A stretch of DNA of 64,000 nt from Chiloscyllium plagiosum (lineage: Eukaryota), in the NCBI RefSeq assembly GCF_004010195.1, contig NC_057718.1, positions 60,072,137 to 60,136,136 of the forward strand, read 5' to 3'. Each line of letters opens with the position of its first letter. Positions within the stretch are counted from its first letter, which is position 1. The translations under genes and the position numbers were made by a program. This document shows positions 1-11,330 of the stretch, one piece after another. Under the pieces are notes generated by a model that made no database searches, was not told the DNA's origin, and saw only the letters and a list, made by a program, of their open reading frames with translations.

Positions 1-1400
1 TAGATAAGTAAATAATAGGTAAACAGTGGCAAAAACAAAAACACAGATTACAGGCGAATGTTAAGAGTGTGTGAGTACATTCAGTGTTCTAACAACAGTA
101 GGGTAGAAACTATTTTGAAACCAGCTGGTGCATGTGTTCAGGCTTCTCTACCTTCTCCCTGATGGTAGAGTTTGTAGAAAAACATTGCTGGTGTGGGATG
201 GATCTTTCAGAATGCTGGCGGCCTTTCCTTGACAGCAGGCCTGGTACATGGATTCTATAGATTGGAGGTTGGCCTTTGTGACTGTCCTGGCCGGGTTCAC
301 CACTCTCTGTAGCCATCACCGATCTTGAATGGTACAGTTGCCATACCAGGTACTGGTACATCAAGTCAGAATGCTCTCGATGGCGTACCTATAAAAGTTG
401 GCGAGGGTATTCGCCATTATGCCAAATTTCCTCAGCTCCCTGAGGAAGAAGAGACGTTGTTGGGCCTTTGTAACCAGTGTATCCACATGAAAAGTCCAAG
501 AAAGCTTGTTGTTAATGACCACTCCTAGGAGTTTGACACTCTTCACTCATTCCATCTTTGTGCTATTAATGTGTAGGGGGGCATGAGGAACATCCCGCTG
601 AAAGTCAATAATGAGTTCCTTGGTTTTGCCGGCATTGAGAGCTAGGTTGTTCTCAGTGCACCATTTTTTCAGATCTTCCACTTCCGTCTGTAGTCTGTTT
701 CGTTGCCATCTGAGATTCGACCGACTATGGTGGTGTCATCAGCGAACTTGTAAATGGCGTTAGTCTGGTATTTGGCAATGCAGTCATGGGTATACAGTGA
801 GTACAGTAGGGGGCTGAGTACGCACCCCTGGGGGGCTCCAGTGTTAAGTGTTAGTGAGGATGAAATATTGTCCCCAATCTTCACTGATTGCGGCCTGTGG
901 GTCAGAAAACTGAGGATCTAGCTGTAGAGAGTGGAGCTTAGTCTGAGATCACTAAGTTTAGTAATCAGTCTCAAGGGGATAATAGTGTTGATGGCTGAAT
1001 TGTAGTCAATGAGTAGGATTCTTATGTAGCTGATCTTGGTGTCAAGGTGTTCTAGGGAGGAGTGAAGGCCAAGTGATACGACATCTGACATGGATCAGTT
1101 TGTCTGATGGGCCAACTGGAGTGGGTCAAGTGTAGTGGGGAGGCTGGAGTAGATTAATGTGATGACCAGCCTTTCAAAGCACTTCATGACCTCCAAGGTA
1201 AGGGCCACTGGGCAGTAGTCATTGTGACATGTTGCATGAGCCTTCTTGGGCACAGGAATGCTGTTGACCCCCTTGAAACAGGCAGGGACAGTGGCCTGCT
1301 GCTGGAAGAGGTTGAATATGTCCAAGAAGACCTCTGCCAGTTGATCTGCGCATGCTCTGAGTGCACGGCCTGGTACTCCGTCTGGTCCTATCGCTTTCCT
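1..1400 (-). mobile_element. Rex1/Babar-type non-LTR retrotransposon, decayed RT and 3' region, running off the window edge
   Basis: Colinear broken ORFs: NDYCPVALTLEVMKCFERLV and LDPLQLAH (1095-1325), [22 protein letters not shown] and KFADDTT (669-884), KAQQRLFFLRELRKF and FYRYAIESILT (361-546). Confidence 0.88.
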
Positions 1401-3123
1401 TAGATTTAATGCTCAGAGTGCTATTCTTGCAATGCACCAATTTTAATTCAACAAAATAGGTGACAGCTATTCATTGATTTATTTCTCAAGGCCAAACCCT
1501 GGCCAACTTGCATGGTTTAAAATGTAAATAAACTCTGACTATCTTTTGTCAATCATCATTAGTTGGCACATTTTCAAAGGCAATACCTCTCTCAAATTAG
1601 AATCCATTTGCCAACCAATCACTATTACCCTCTCATGCAGTATGAATATTTACTTTCTCCATTCATGAGAACTGTTCTGATGAGTGCTTTTGACAAAAGC
1701 TTTAACAAAATGTGTCATTTTTCAGCAATACTCAATATGTTGTTTAATCTTTTCTTTCATATTTGCTGGGTTACTTGTAATTTAACGTAAATTATCAGCT
1801 TGAATAATTGAGATCTTAAATTGTTTTCACTTACTCATCTCATTCATGAAATTCCTGTCTGATTTCTCATTTTAAATCCCTAACTCCCATTTAAAATGTA
1901 AACTGTCTATGTAAACTAAACACACTGCAATCACTCACTCCTCCCAAGTGGAGGTGCTGCAGTATCACTATAAATGAAGATATAATTACTGCATGAGAAG
2001 CTTGTTTTTGCCACTTTTTATTATAAATATAAATACCAACATCTTTGTGATGCAAGCACATATAAAATCATAAAACTAAGAGCTGAATTAGATTTGCATG
2101 CCCAGATATTAAACAATTTCTACATATTTTACTCCAATTCACATTAAGAGAATGCTTTGGTCTTAATATGCAAAACCGCAGAAGTGTTACACTAAAGGTA
2201 TTGATCTGGACCTGGAGTTGTAATGGCAGCAAAGTATCAGTGTCTGCGTAAAACCAACAGAAAGTCCTGGAATTTCCATGTACTCAGCTCAATGTGGAAA
2301 TCTGAAAATTGCTGTTAGGGAGACCCTGTCCATGACAAGTCATACAGTTGCAATTATTGCAAAATCAATCAACTGAGAAAGTAGAGATTGGAAATGAATT
2401 TCAATTTATTGTACACTATTCTCATACAGAAAAAGTTAAGGCTTCTTGGATGGGTATGATTGTGATTTAAACAGAATTTGAAGTCATACTTACTTTCAAT
2501 CGACCAGTCTAGTCAAAACATCTTAGAAGCCTAGTGTATTCCCTGAATTCCATGATTAAAATTCCTTTCTGACATTTGAGCTTTTATCTTGAATCAATCT
2601 ATATGTCTCAATGTTTACTAACCTCTGTGTAAAATAGTAAAACGTATGAATAGTAATCAGTGATTTTTACTTTTAAGGATGGTATTTTTTCAAATTCTAA
2701 TCTAATTGGCTGCCCAGTGTGCTTTATGGTGGAATATTTTTGGATGTCAGAAATCCCCTATAACGGACATTAAAAATTAGCAGCTATTTGTTGCTTTGAG
2801 AGACTTTCTTATGGGATGCTGTGTTCGCTTTTGCAACCACAGTGACAATACTTCAAAAGCGATTAGGCACATTAGAATGCCTTGAAAATACAATAGGCAT
2901 CATCTATTTTTCTTTAGGACAATAAGCAATCTGAAATTCTTAATTATTTAATATTCTTTAACTCAGTAATTTATTTATTTTGTTTGAAGAGTGTCTATTT
3001 CTAAAAGGCATAGTATATATTGTTTAGAAATATATGTTTCCAAGAATCAACAACAACTTATAGCTAAAGTAAAATGTTGAACTGAATATTCTCTTTCCCA
3101 TCATGGGATTAGACTGTAAGAAC

Positions 3124-3171
3124 AGCCGAAATAATAGCCGAAATAATAGCCAAAATAATAGCTGAAGTAAA
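3124..3171. repeat. 12-bp tandem repeat (AGCCGAAATAAT), about 4 copies
   Basis: agccgaaataat agccgaaataat agccaaaataat agctgaagtaaa read directly. Confidence 0.85.
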
Positions 3172-3509
3172 AATAATAGAATAAATGTGTCTATTATTTA
3201 ACACTTCACTAAGATACAAAATAAATCTCAGAATAGAATGTACCTATTGTGGCATGATGTAAGTGTATATACGTCATCATTCCCATTCGTGTAACTCAGA
3301 CAAAAATGAAGAAATAAATAGAAGTCAATTTAGGGAAAGGATTGTGAGAGATTCCTTTTGGATGTCCCGAACTCTAACTGTGGTTTTTCCTTTTGAACAA
3401 ACTTTTTTTAAAATCTATGGTATAACTAGTACCTCTCATTTAAAGTCCCACATTTCATCAGGTTTTCACCTTGTTATGCAGATAGATCGACAGTCCCTGT
3501 GCTCAGTAA

Positions 3510-5665
3510 TGTTGAATTAGGTAGCAACTGTCAGTAAGAAAACCGAGAACATCACAGTAAGTGATGTAAGGTCATGTGACATTTAGAGTGTAGAAATTTT
3601 TAGTCCAAGAGAGTCATATAGGGATCTCTTCCTGCTCTGTATATAATGTCTATCATTCAATAAATATTTTTACTTACTAAGATCTGCTCGATATCTATTT
3701 AGCTTCACTTACAGTACAAGACTATCACTTAAGTGTGGTGGCAGCAGTAAAACAGAAAAAAAACTCTCCTTGGAGCAAATGGAATGGAACTTGGTGGCAC
3801 CGAAAACTGACACAAATATTTGGGAGGAAAATGAGCAGCAGTGACAGTCAGGTTCTGATAGTACAGGAAAACAGCAGTAGAGTACAGTGAAAAGGGGAGA
3901 AAAAGCTGTATGGACAAAAAGAGTTAAAACAAAGTCTCATACACAGGTGAAAGCCAATGATTCATGGGGAAAGGAATCAGTAAATGTGAGAGAGACTGCA
4001 GTTGTAAGCCAAACCTCAAGGCAGGCATACTTTGCCTGTGAGCGAGATTGGCAAAGCAGAGTGGACAGATTCCAGTGATAGGCAAAAACTGATAGAAGGC
4101 AGGGTATACAGAACAAAGTTTTTGGACAAGTACATCCAGAAATCAGAAGAAAGACTAGATTCCTTTGTGAACAACTTACATCACTTGTAGACAAATGTAA
4201 TTACTCTTCAAGGGAATAGCTAATCTGAGACCAAATCATGGTGGTGGGTGCAGGAAAGAGGGACTAGTTGGGAATTAAGGTGTTGCGATGAGACCCTACC
4301 AGTCCACAGAGGATCTTAGTTTCTCAAAATCAGTGCACCTAGGTAGGCGGTGGCACATCTTAAAATAGGTGATTAATATAAAATCACCAGGAGCAGCATT
4401 CAACTGCAATCCAGATAGTGGCCCAGGTACGGGTTCCTGAGGATCCCAGTCCATAGAGAAAGTAAGGAGCAAACTAGGATGATGACCATGTCTGAGCCCA
4501 AATGAGAGACTCAAGATAAATTGCTTTTAGGCAACAAACAAAGATGATTGAGGTCTTGAGAAACCAATTAAATGTGAAATATAGTCTGGAAGACCACGTA
4601 CCTACAGAATCCTTGAAAAAGCACTTGAAAGACACTGTATCCCTGAAAGCAACTCCAGTATGAACCCAGATAATCCTGACAAAATGCACAAAAGTATTTC
4701 TCCAGAATTTTTGCAGCACTCAAAAGTCCTTAAGAGAGAAGAATCACGACAACCGATGATAGGGAAAGAGTTTGAAGAGAGTACCCAGAATGCCAAGTTT
4801 CAGACATGCTCCATTTACTCCCAAAGGAATTTGAGGCTAATGCCTATTCACAGACGAGCAGAATAACCTGTCAGTACATCAGGGTACAGGTTGAGAGAAA
4901 CTATCACACCACAGAAGGTGACAAATGTAACCCTAACATTCCTGGAATATCCTGCAGCAGTGGGCACTCCAAAAAGCAATTCTGCAGAGGAAATGCCACA
5001 TAACACTCCACTAGCAGGCACTGGAAGAGGGGCTTCAATCAGTCAGCAAAGAACTGACACTATAGCCACTCCACACTAAAGTTGATGTGGAAGAAGATCA
5101 GGTCTGATCAGCTAGGCAACAACTAAAGCGGAACATGACAAATGGTTCATCTGACTGATATGACATTCCCCTATGGGGCACTTGCCCAGATGAAAAGGAA
5201 TGACTTTTGATTGTCTTCACTCTTGAGAAGGAACAACAAACTGAGGACCAGTGCTACCCACTTTCCAGAAGGGCCAAGAACATGGTCAATGTTAAAGCCT
5301 TGCCATGAAGGACTTGGTACAGGTGGACCAATGAAATACATACTAGTAATGAATATAAATGTAAACATATTAATATCATGAAAATTGTAGAGAATTTAAC
5401 TGAGAAAGTGTTAAATTTTAAAGATAAATATACTACATCTCACTCCAAGGGAGTAAGATATAGTATAAGGTAACAGGCATCATAGAATAGCTGATAAAAT
5501 CACAGGAAGTATTATCAGGTCATGTGACATTCAATGAATTGAAGGGGTTAACTTGAGATAGTCATTTCCTCTACTTGGTATATAATTTACATAATACAGT
5601 AAACAGTTTGGTTACCAAGACCTGCTCCATGTGGATCTCTAAGCACACTTACAAGGGTCAACACA
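3510..5665 (+). mobile_element. Old, internally deleted Gypsy-like LTR element with two diverged LTRs (about 3510-3727 and 5459-5665)
   Basis: Colinear shared blocks (atcacag.aagt, ggtcatgtgacatt, gtatataat, aaga.ctgctc, cacttaca). PBS-like TGGTGGCAGCAGT at 3736-3748 matches the complement of the tRNA-Leu 3' end. Purine tract AAGGGAGTAAGA at 5447-5458 precedes the second LTR. No intact ORF inside. Confidence 0.65.
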
Positions 5666-7649
5666 TAATGCTTCCTAAAAATGCTTTACCTTTTTATTGC
5701 TGGAGTGCCATTCAGTGGAATCCTGAGTGGGAAGAATATTTTGACTACTGTTTGGCCTGATGTCATGTTTCTTTGTTGCCCTCCATTTTGTTTGCCATTC
5801 ATCTCTTTCCTGCAGGACGAATAGGATGCTCAATGTAATTTGACTTGTGTTTAGAGTCTTCTAGTCACTGGGTGCAAACTATTGATTGATTTAAAGAAAG
5901 ATAGATCAAGTGTAGAAAATGATTTTGAAAATCAAAGGCCTTATATTTTGTTCTGTCCAGGAGTTAAAATCAATCATGTTTGATGCTTAATGTATTTCCC
6001 AAAACAACAAATTTATTGAATATATTCAGTGCAGATGATTTTCTTCTCATGTTTCTTTGGCACTTCAAAATTATTTTATAGACTGCAAAACATATGTAGG
6101 TGATGATCACATCCCTTTTACTTCGGATAACAGACCTAGTTCTAGATATCACTAGAACTGTACTATCAGTTCTGTGGATAGAGACAGAGAGTGCACAGAA
6201 CAAGGACGCAAACCAGTAACCAAAACCAAAGTTGTTATTTTTCTCCATCTCTGTTAGTCCCATAACAACTGACTTCATCATTTCACAAACTTGGCGTTGT
6301 TTTATGTTGAGAAAGTAACATACAGAAGCACTACACAAAATCTTAGGCTTTGAGCAATGTGAGCTATGGTGAGATGGGTGAAAGAAATGGGTGAAATGAT
6401 CATCTTGATGTGGGAATTATCTCGTCACAATCTCCCTGCTTTGTTCAAGCATCAGAGAGAAACTTTTGGCATGGATCAGCAAGTTCACAATTGATGCACT
6501 TTCCTGCTTGTTAACTTGTTGACTTGTTAACAATTAACTCAGCACAGGTTGCAATCTTACCAAACTTGTAAACTCGTCATCAGGAAACCTCAAAATGGAA
6601 ATCAAAATATGGTCCTGGCAGGTTCCACTCACCACTTGCTCCAAAAGACTTGGAGCAGCAGCAACTCGGGGACTCTCTATGGACTCTGCTGCACACACCA
6701 CAGACATTGGCATCTGACATGTACCAGCTTCAAAGCACATACAAGGCACATCTCCAATCCACTGACAGGATATTTCTGCATTTCAATACTTCAGCTCAGG
6801 CTACACTGGTAACTGTCATTGTGGTGCTGCAGCATGGACATACTGTATGCTCAGGAATACACACTTGGCTCATAGATCAGGCTGTATCTCTGGGCTCTTC
6901 ACTCACTGTCATAATGCATACTGACTCTGACTCTAACCTGGATGCTCATAATATCCTTGCATTGCATTACCTGACCTCTTTGCCCTTTCTGCCAGAGATA
7001 CCAATATCATATTACTACTGTCTTGCCATGCCATTTAGCATAGACATAAAGGTTGGTATGGCCTGGAAGTGTGAGATCTTCTGCTGATTGTGAGGGAAGA
7101 AAAAGTTCTATCTGTGCACCAAACTATTCAGCAGAAGCTCCAGGATGTAGCTCACAAAGTGGAGTAAGAACTCCACTCCCTCCCACTTCTGGGACAAATG
7201 TCAGAGCCATATAGATAAATTCCAAAATTACAATGCTTGTCCAGTGTCAAACAATCTTTTAAATCTGGCACTGGTGCTAGGAATGCCCATCAATGTTAGG
7301 ATCTTAGGGAGTGGCAAGTTGCTCTGGGACCAGTGTGTGGTACGATGTATTAGAAATAAGACATGATTCTTGCTATTAGGCTTAAATGACAATTAATGTG
7401 ATGGGTTTGATAAGACAAGGCGAAAAATCTCTCCTGGTCTTGCAGCAAGCATCAGATTGACTTCAAGCAATCACACTTAGTCAAAAAATGGTTGCACTTC
7501 GCCACTGTCTTTAAAATAACTTTTACTTCCAACTTCTAGGGTTTTGAAGAAGTATTATTACCCAATATAACTTGTTCATGTTCAATGTGTATAACTTTGT
7601 CGCAAAGATGATAACTTCCATTTGGTTGTGTGGTATTACCAATAAGCTA

Positions 7650-8725
7650 AATGCATTGGATTGTAAACAAATTTAGCAGTTCATACGGCATGTGGCCCAT
7701 CAGGAGCAGCAGTAAAATTATCTGCAAACACAATCTGAAAAACCTCATGCCTGAGCACATCCTCTACTCTTCAATTACCATCAAATTGGGAGACCGACTC
7801 TGGTTCTACGAAGAGTGCAGAAGCACAGGCCAGGAGCTAAAAATGAGATCTGGTGACTCAATTTGGTGAAGCTAAAACATAGGACCGTGTTCAACTCAAA
7901 TGGCAAATATAGCATGCAATAGCCAAAATTAAGCAATCCCAAAACCAAAAGATCAGATCAAAGCTCTGCAGTTCTAAATTTAGTTATAATGATGTTGGAT
8001 AATTAAATAACTAACAGGAGGTGAAGGCTAAACAACTAGCCCCTTCCTAATTGATGAGAGATATCAGCACATCAGTGCAAAAGACAAGGCCATCTACATC
8101 CATCTTTGATTAGAAATGCCAAGTGCATAATCTATTTCAGCCTCATCCCAAGTCCCTCAGCATCACAGTTGCCAATCCTTAACCTATATTTAATAGTTAT
8201 TAACTCAGTGTTGCAAAGAGTATAGGACCTGATAATATTCCAGCAATCATACTGAGGACTTGTATTCCAGAACTAATTCTCATAGCTAAGCTGTTCCAAT
8301 ACAATTACAACACTGGCAACTACTCAGCAATGTGGAAAATTGTCCAGGTATGATCTGACCACAAACAAAAGGACATACTCAGTCAAGCTAATTACTGCCA
8401 CCTTCAGTCTTTTTTTGACCATCAACAAAGTGATGGAAGGGGTCATTAACAGTGCTATTGACAGTGCTACACTGGCACCACCCCCCACCTTTTCCTCCAC
8501 TACATCGATGACTGTATCGGCGCTGCCTCGTGCTCCCACGAGGAGGTTGAACAGTTCATCCTCTTTACCTTTCTTAACTGCACTGTGGTGTACCTATATC
8601 CCAAAGTCTACAGCAGTTCCAAAAGGCAGCTCATCACTATCTTCCATCGTCTCAAGGGCAGTTAGGGGTGCGCAGTATACGTTGGCCTAGCTGGCAATTC
8701 CCACATCCTATGAATAAATAAAAGA
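7650..8725 (+). mobile_element. Second CR1-clade LINE family (Zenon-like, called family Z here), internally deleted, with 3' end
   Basis: SSITIKLGDRLWFYEECR; cagcacatcagtgcaaaagacaaggc; SLFLTINKVMEGVINSAI (RT N-terminus); 3' tail ctcaagggcagttagg...cccacatcctatgaataaataaaa. Homologous to 20503-22330. Confidence 0.75.
8466..8560 (+). mobile_element. Penelope-like RT fragment (YIDD region) embedded in the family Z LINE
   Basis: Translates YTGTTPHLFLHYIDDCIGAASCSHEEVEQFI and aligns to 10021-10108 of the nearby PLE. Confidence 0.85.
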
Positions 8726-8906
8726 TAGTATCGGCCTCACACCAATTACTATTTACTTTTTCTCAGTTTAGTCCAATCTTTCCTCTTAAGGGGTCACATT
8801 TTCATTTTTCATTTATTTTGGAGGTTGGGGCAGGTATGTTCCAGGGAGTAAATTTCAGAAGGATAAGGCTTGAATCAACAGTAACCATGAATTTCAAGAA
8901 AAAAAA

Positions 8907-9246
8907 TTAAACATCACACAACACCAGGTTATATTCCAACAGGTTTATTTGGAAGCACTAGCTTTTGGAGTGCTGCTCCTTCATCAGGTAGCCATGGAGC
9001 AGGACCATAATACACAAAGTTTATTGCATAAGATTATAGTGTCATACAACTGAAATGATTTATTGAACAAACCTCGATTGCTGTTAAGTCTTTCAGCTTT
9101 TAGAATGGGTTGCAGGTCCACAGCTACCTAATGAAGGAGCAGCGCTCCAAAAGCTAGTGCTTCCAAATAAACCTGTTGGAATATAACCTGGTGTTGTGTG
9201 AGTTTTAACTTTGTCCACCCCAGTCCAATACTGGCTCCTCCACATC
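8907..9246. mobile_element. Fold-back pair of PLE terminal repeats (family A), hammerhead cores mutated
   Basis: Arms 8907-8992 and 9123-9208 are reverse complements with about 4 differences; flanked by agaaaaaaa(a)t on both sides. Confidence 0.85.
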
Positions 9247-9619
9247 TAGAAAAAAATGTCAAGGTAATAAATTGGTAATTTAAATAAGTTATTAATTACT
9301 AAAATTTGCCATTTATAAGTGACAAACAGAAGAGCTAAACAACAGAAAGGCATTTTTAGTTAAGAAGTAGAGCAACAGAAAAGACTAGGCCTCAAGCTTT
9401 GATCACTATTGAAAATATGAGGACCTGAGCTGAGCTAAAAAGTTGCCTTTAACAAACCTAGACCCTGGTGGACTCTACTGGCACATATTCTGTACTGGCC
9501 TCAGCAGAATTCAAACAGAAGTGGGATTTTGGAAACTGCTTGCTGTTCAGGCTCTACTTTACTCCTCACTGAGCCTGCTTTGTGGCTCAGGTGTTGGTGT
9601 CCGACTGGCACACTCAGTC

Positions 9620-11330
9620 TCAGATTCACAAACCTGCGTACCTTTTCACTGTCCTGTCCCCCTTAGTCCAGGAACTCCCCACCTACATTCGAGACACCAC
9701 CCACACCATTCACCTTCTCCAAGACTTTCTTTTCCTGGCCCACATTGCCTTATCTTCACCATGGACTTCCAGTCCCTGTACACATCTATCCACCATGATA
9801 AAGGCCTCCAAACCCTCCGTTTCTTCGTCCCATACAATCTCAACCAATGCTCTTCCACTGACACCCTCATTCGTCTGGCTAAACTGGTCTTCACCCTCAA
9901 CAACTTCTCCTTCCAATCCTCCCACTTCCTCCAAACCAAAGGGGCAGCCATGGGCAGCCACATTGGCCCCAGCTATGCCTGCCTCTTGGTTGGATACGTG
10001 GAATAGTCCATGTTCCACAACTACACTGGCACACCCCCACACCTTTTCCCCGGCTACAATGATGACTGTATTGGCATTACCTTGTGCTCCCACGAGGAGG
10101 TTCATCAACTTCACTAACATGTTTCAGACCAACCTCAAATTCACCTGGACAATCTTGGACACCTCCATCCCCTTTCTGGACCTCTCCATCACCGTCTTCA
10201 GTGACTGACTAAGCATGGACATGTACTACAAGCCCACCGATTCCCACAGTTCCCTAGACTACGTCTCCTTCCACCCGAACTCCTGTAAAAATGTCATCCC
10301 ATATTCCCAATTCCTTGGCCTCAGCTACATCTGTTCCCAGGATGTCCAATTCCACTTTAGAAAATCCCAGGTGGCCGCCTTCTTCAAAGATCGCAATTTC
10401 CCTTCCCACATGGTCGATGATGCCCTCCAACGCATCTCCTTCGCTTCCATCATCTCCGCCCCTGAACCCCACCTCTCCAATCGGAACAAGGACAGAACCC
10501 CCTTGGTCATCACCTTCCATCCCATTAACCTCCGTATACATCACATCATCCTCCGCCACTTCCGCCACCTAAAAACAAACCCTATCACTGGGGACATAAT
10601 TCCCTCCCCACCACTATTAGTGTTCCAGAGAGACCATTCCCTCTGCGACTCCCTCTTCAGATCCACATCACCCCCCTCCCCCACCAGCTCACACCCCTCT
10701 TCCTATACCTTACCCTGCCACCGCAGGAAGTGCAAAACCTGCGCTCACTCCTCCCTGCACACCTCCGTCCAAGGACTCAAAGGATCCTTCCACATCCAAC
10801 AGAAATTTACCTGTACCTCCACCAATGTCATCTACTGTATCCGTTGCACCCGATGTGGTCTCCTCTATATCAGGAGACTGGATGCCAACTTGCGGTTCAT
10901 TTCAGAGAACATCTCTGGGACACCCACACCAACCAACCCCACCGTCCCGTGGCTGAAAACTTTAACTCCCCCTCCCACTCCACCAAGGACATGCAGGTCC
11001 TAGGCATCCTCCATCGCCAAACGTTTACCACACGATGCCTGGAGGAAGAATGCCACATATTCTGCTTTGGGACCCTGCAACCACATGGTATCAATGTGGA
11101 TTTCACTAGTTTCCTCATTTCCCCATCGCCCCACTTTATCCCAGTCTCAAGCCTCCAACTTGGCACTGCCCTCATGACCTGTCCATCACCTTTCCAATCT
11201 ATGTGCTCCACCCCCCCAACCTCTCTCAGCCCCCTCATTCTCTCAAATACACTCTCACTGCATCTTCACTGTCAATGCATCCACCTCCCCCCACGCATTC
11301 ACTTTCTCTCCTTATCTCAATCACCTTCAC
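9620..11330 (+). mobile_element. Penelope-like element, 5'-truncated RT plus GIY-YIG endonuclease, frameshifted
   Basis: FTMDFQSLYTSI, FLQTKGAAMGSHIGPSYACL, LKFTW, IPFLDL, YYKPTDSH, PCHRRKCKTC, FTCTSTNVIYCIRCTRCGLLYI, then ETGCQLAVHFREHL and LQPHGIN. Confidence 0.93.

Noticed and set aside
1968..1976. TATAAATG as a promoter TATA box
   Set aside because: Expected by chance in AT-rich DNA; no CpG island or downstream exon to support it.
2670..2915. Possible decayed DeuSINE
   Set aside because: Only a few short blocks resemble the Deu domain or tail; too weak to call by eye.
5970..7087. ORFs of 122 and 145 aa as host genes
   Set aside because: No recognisable domain, non-ATG starts and no splice framework.
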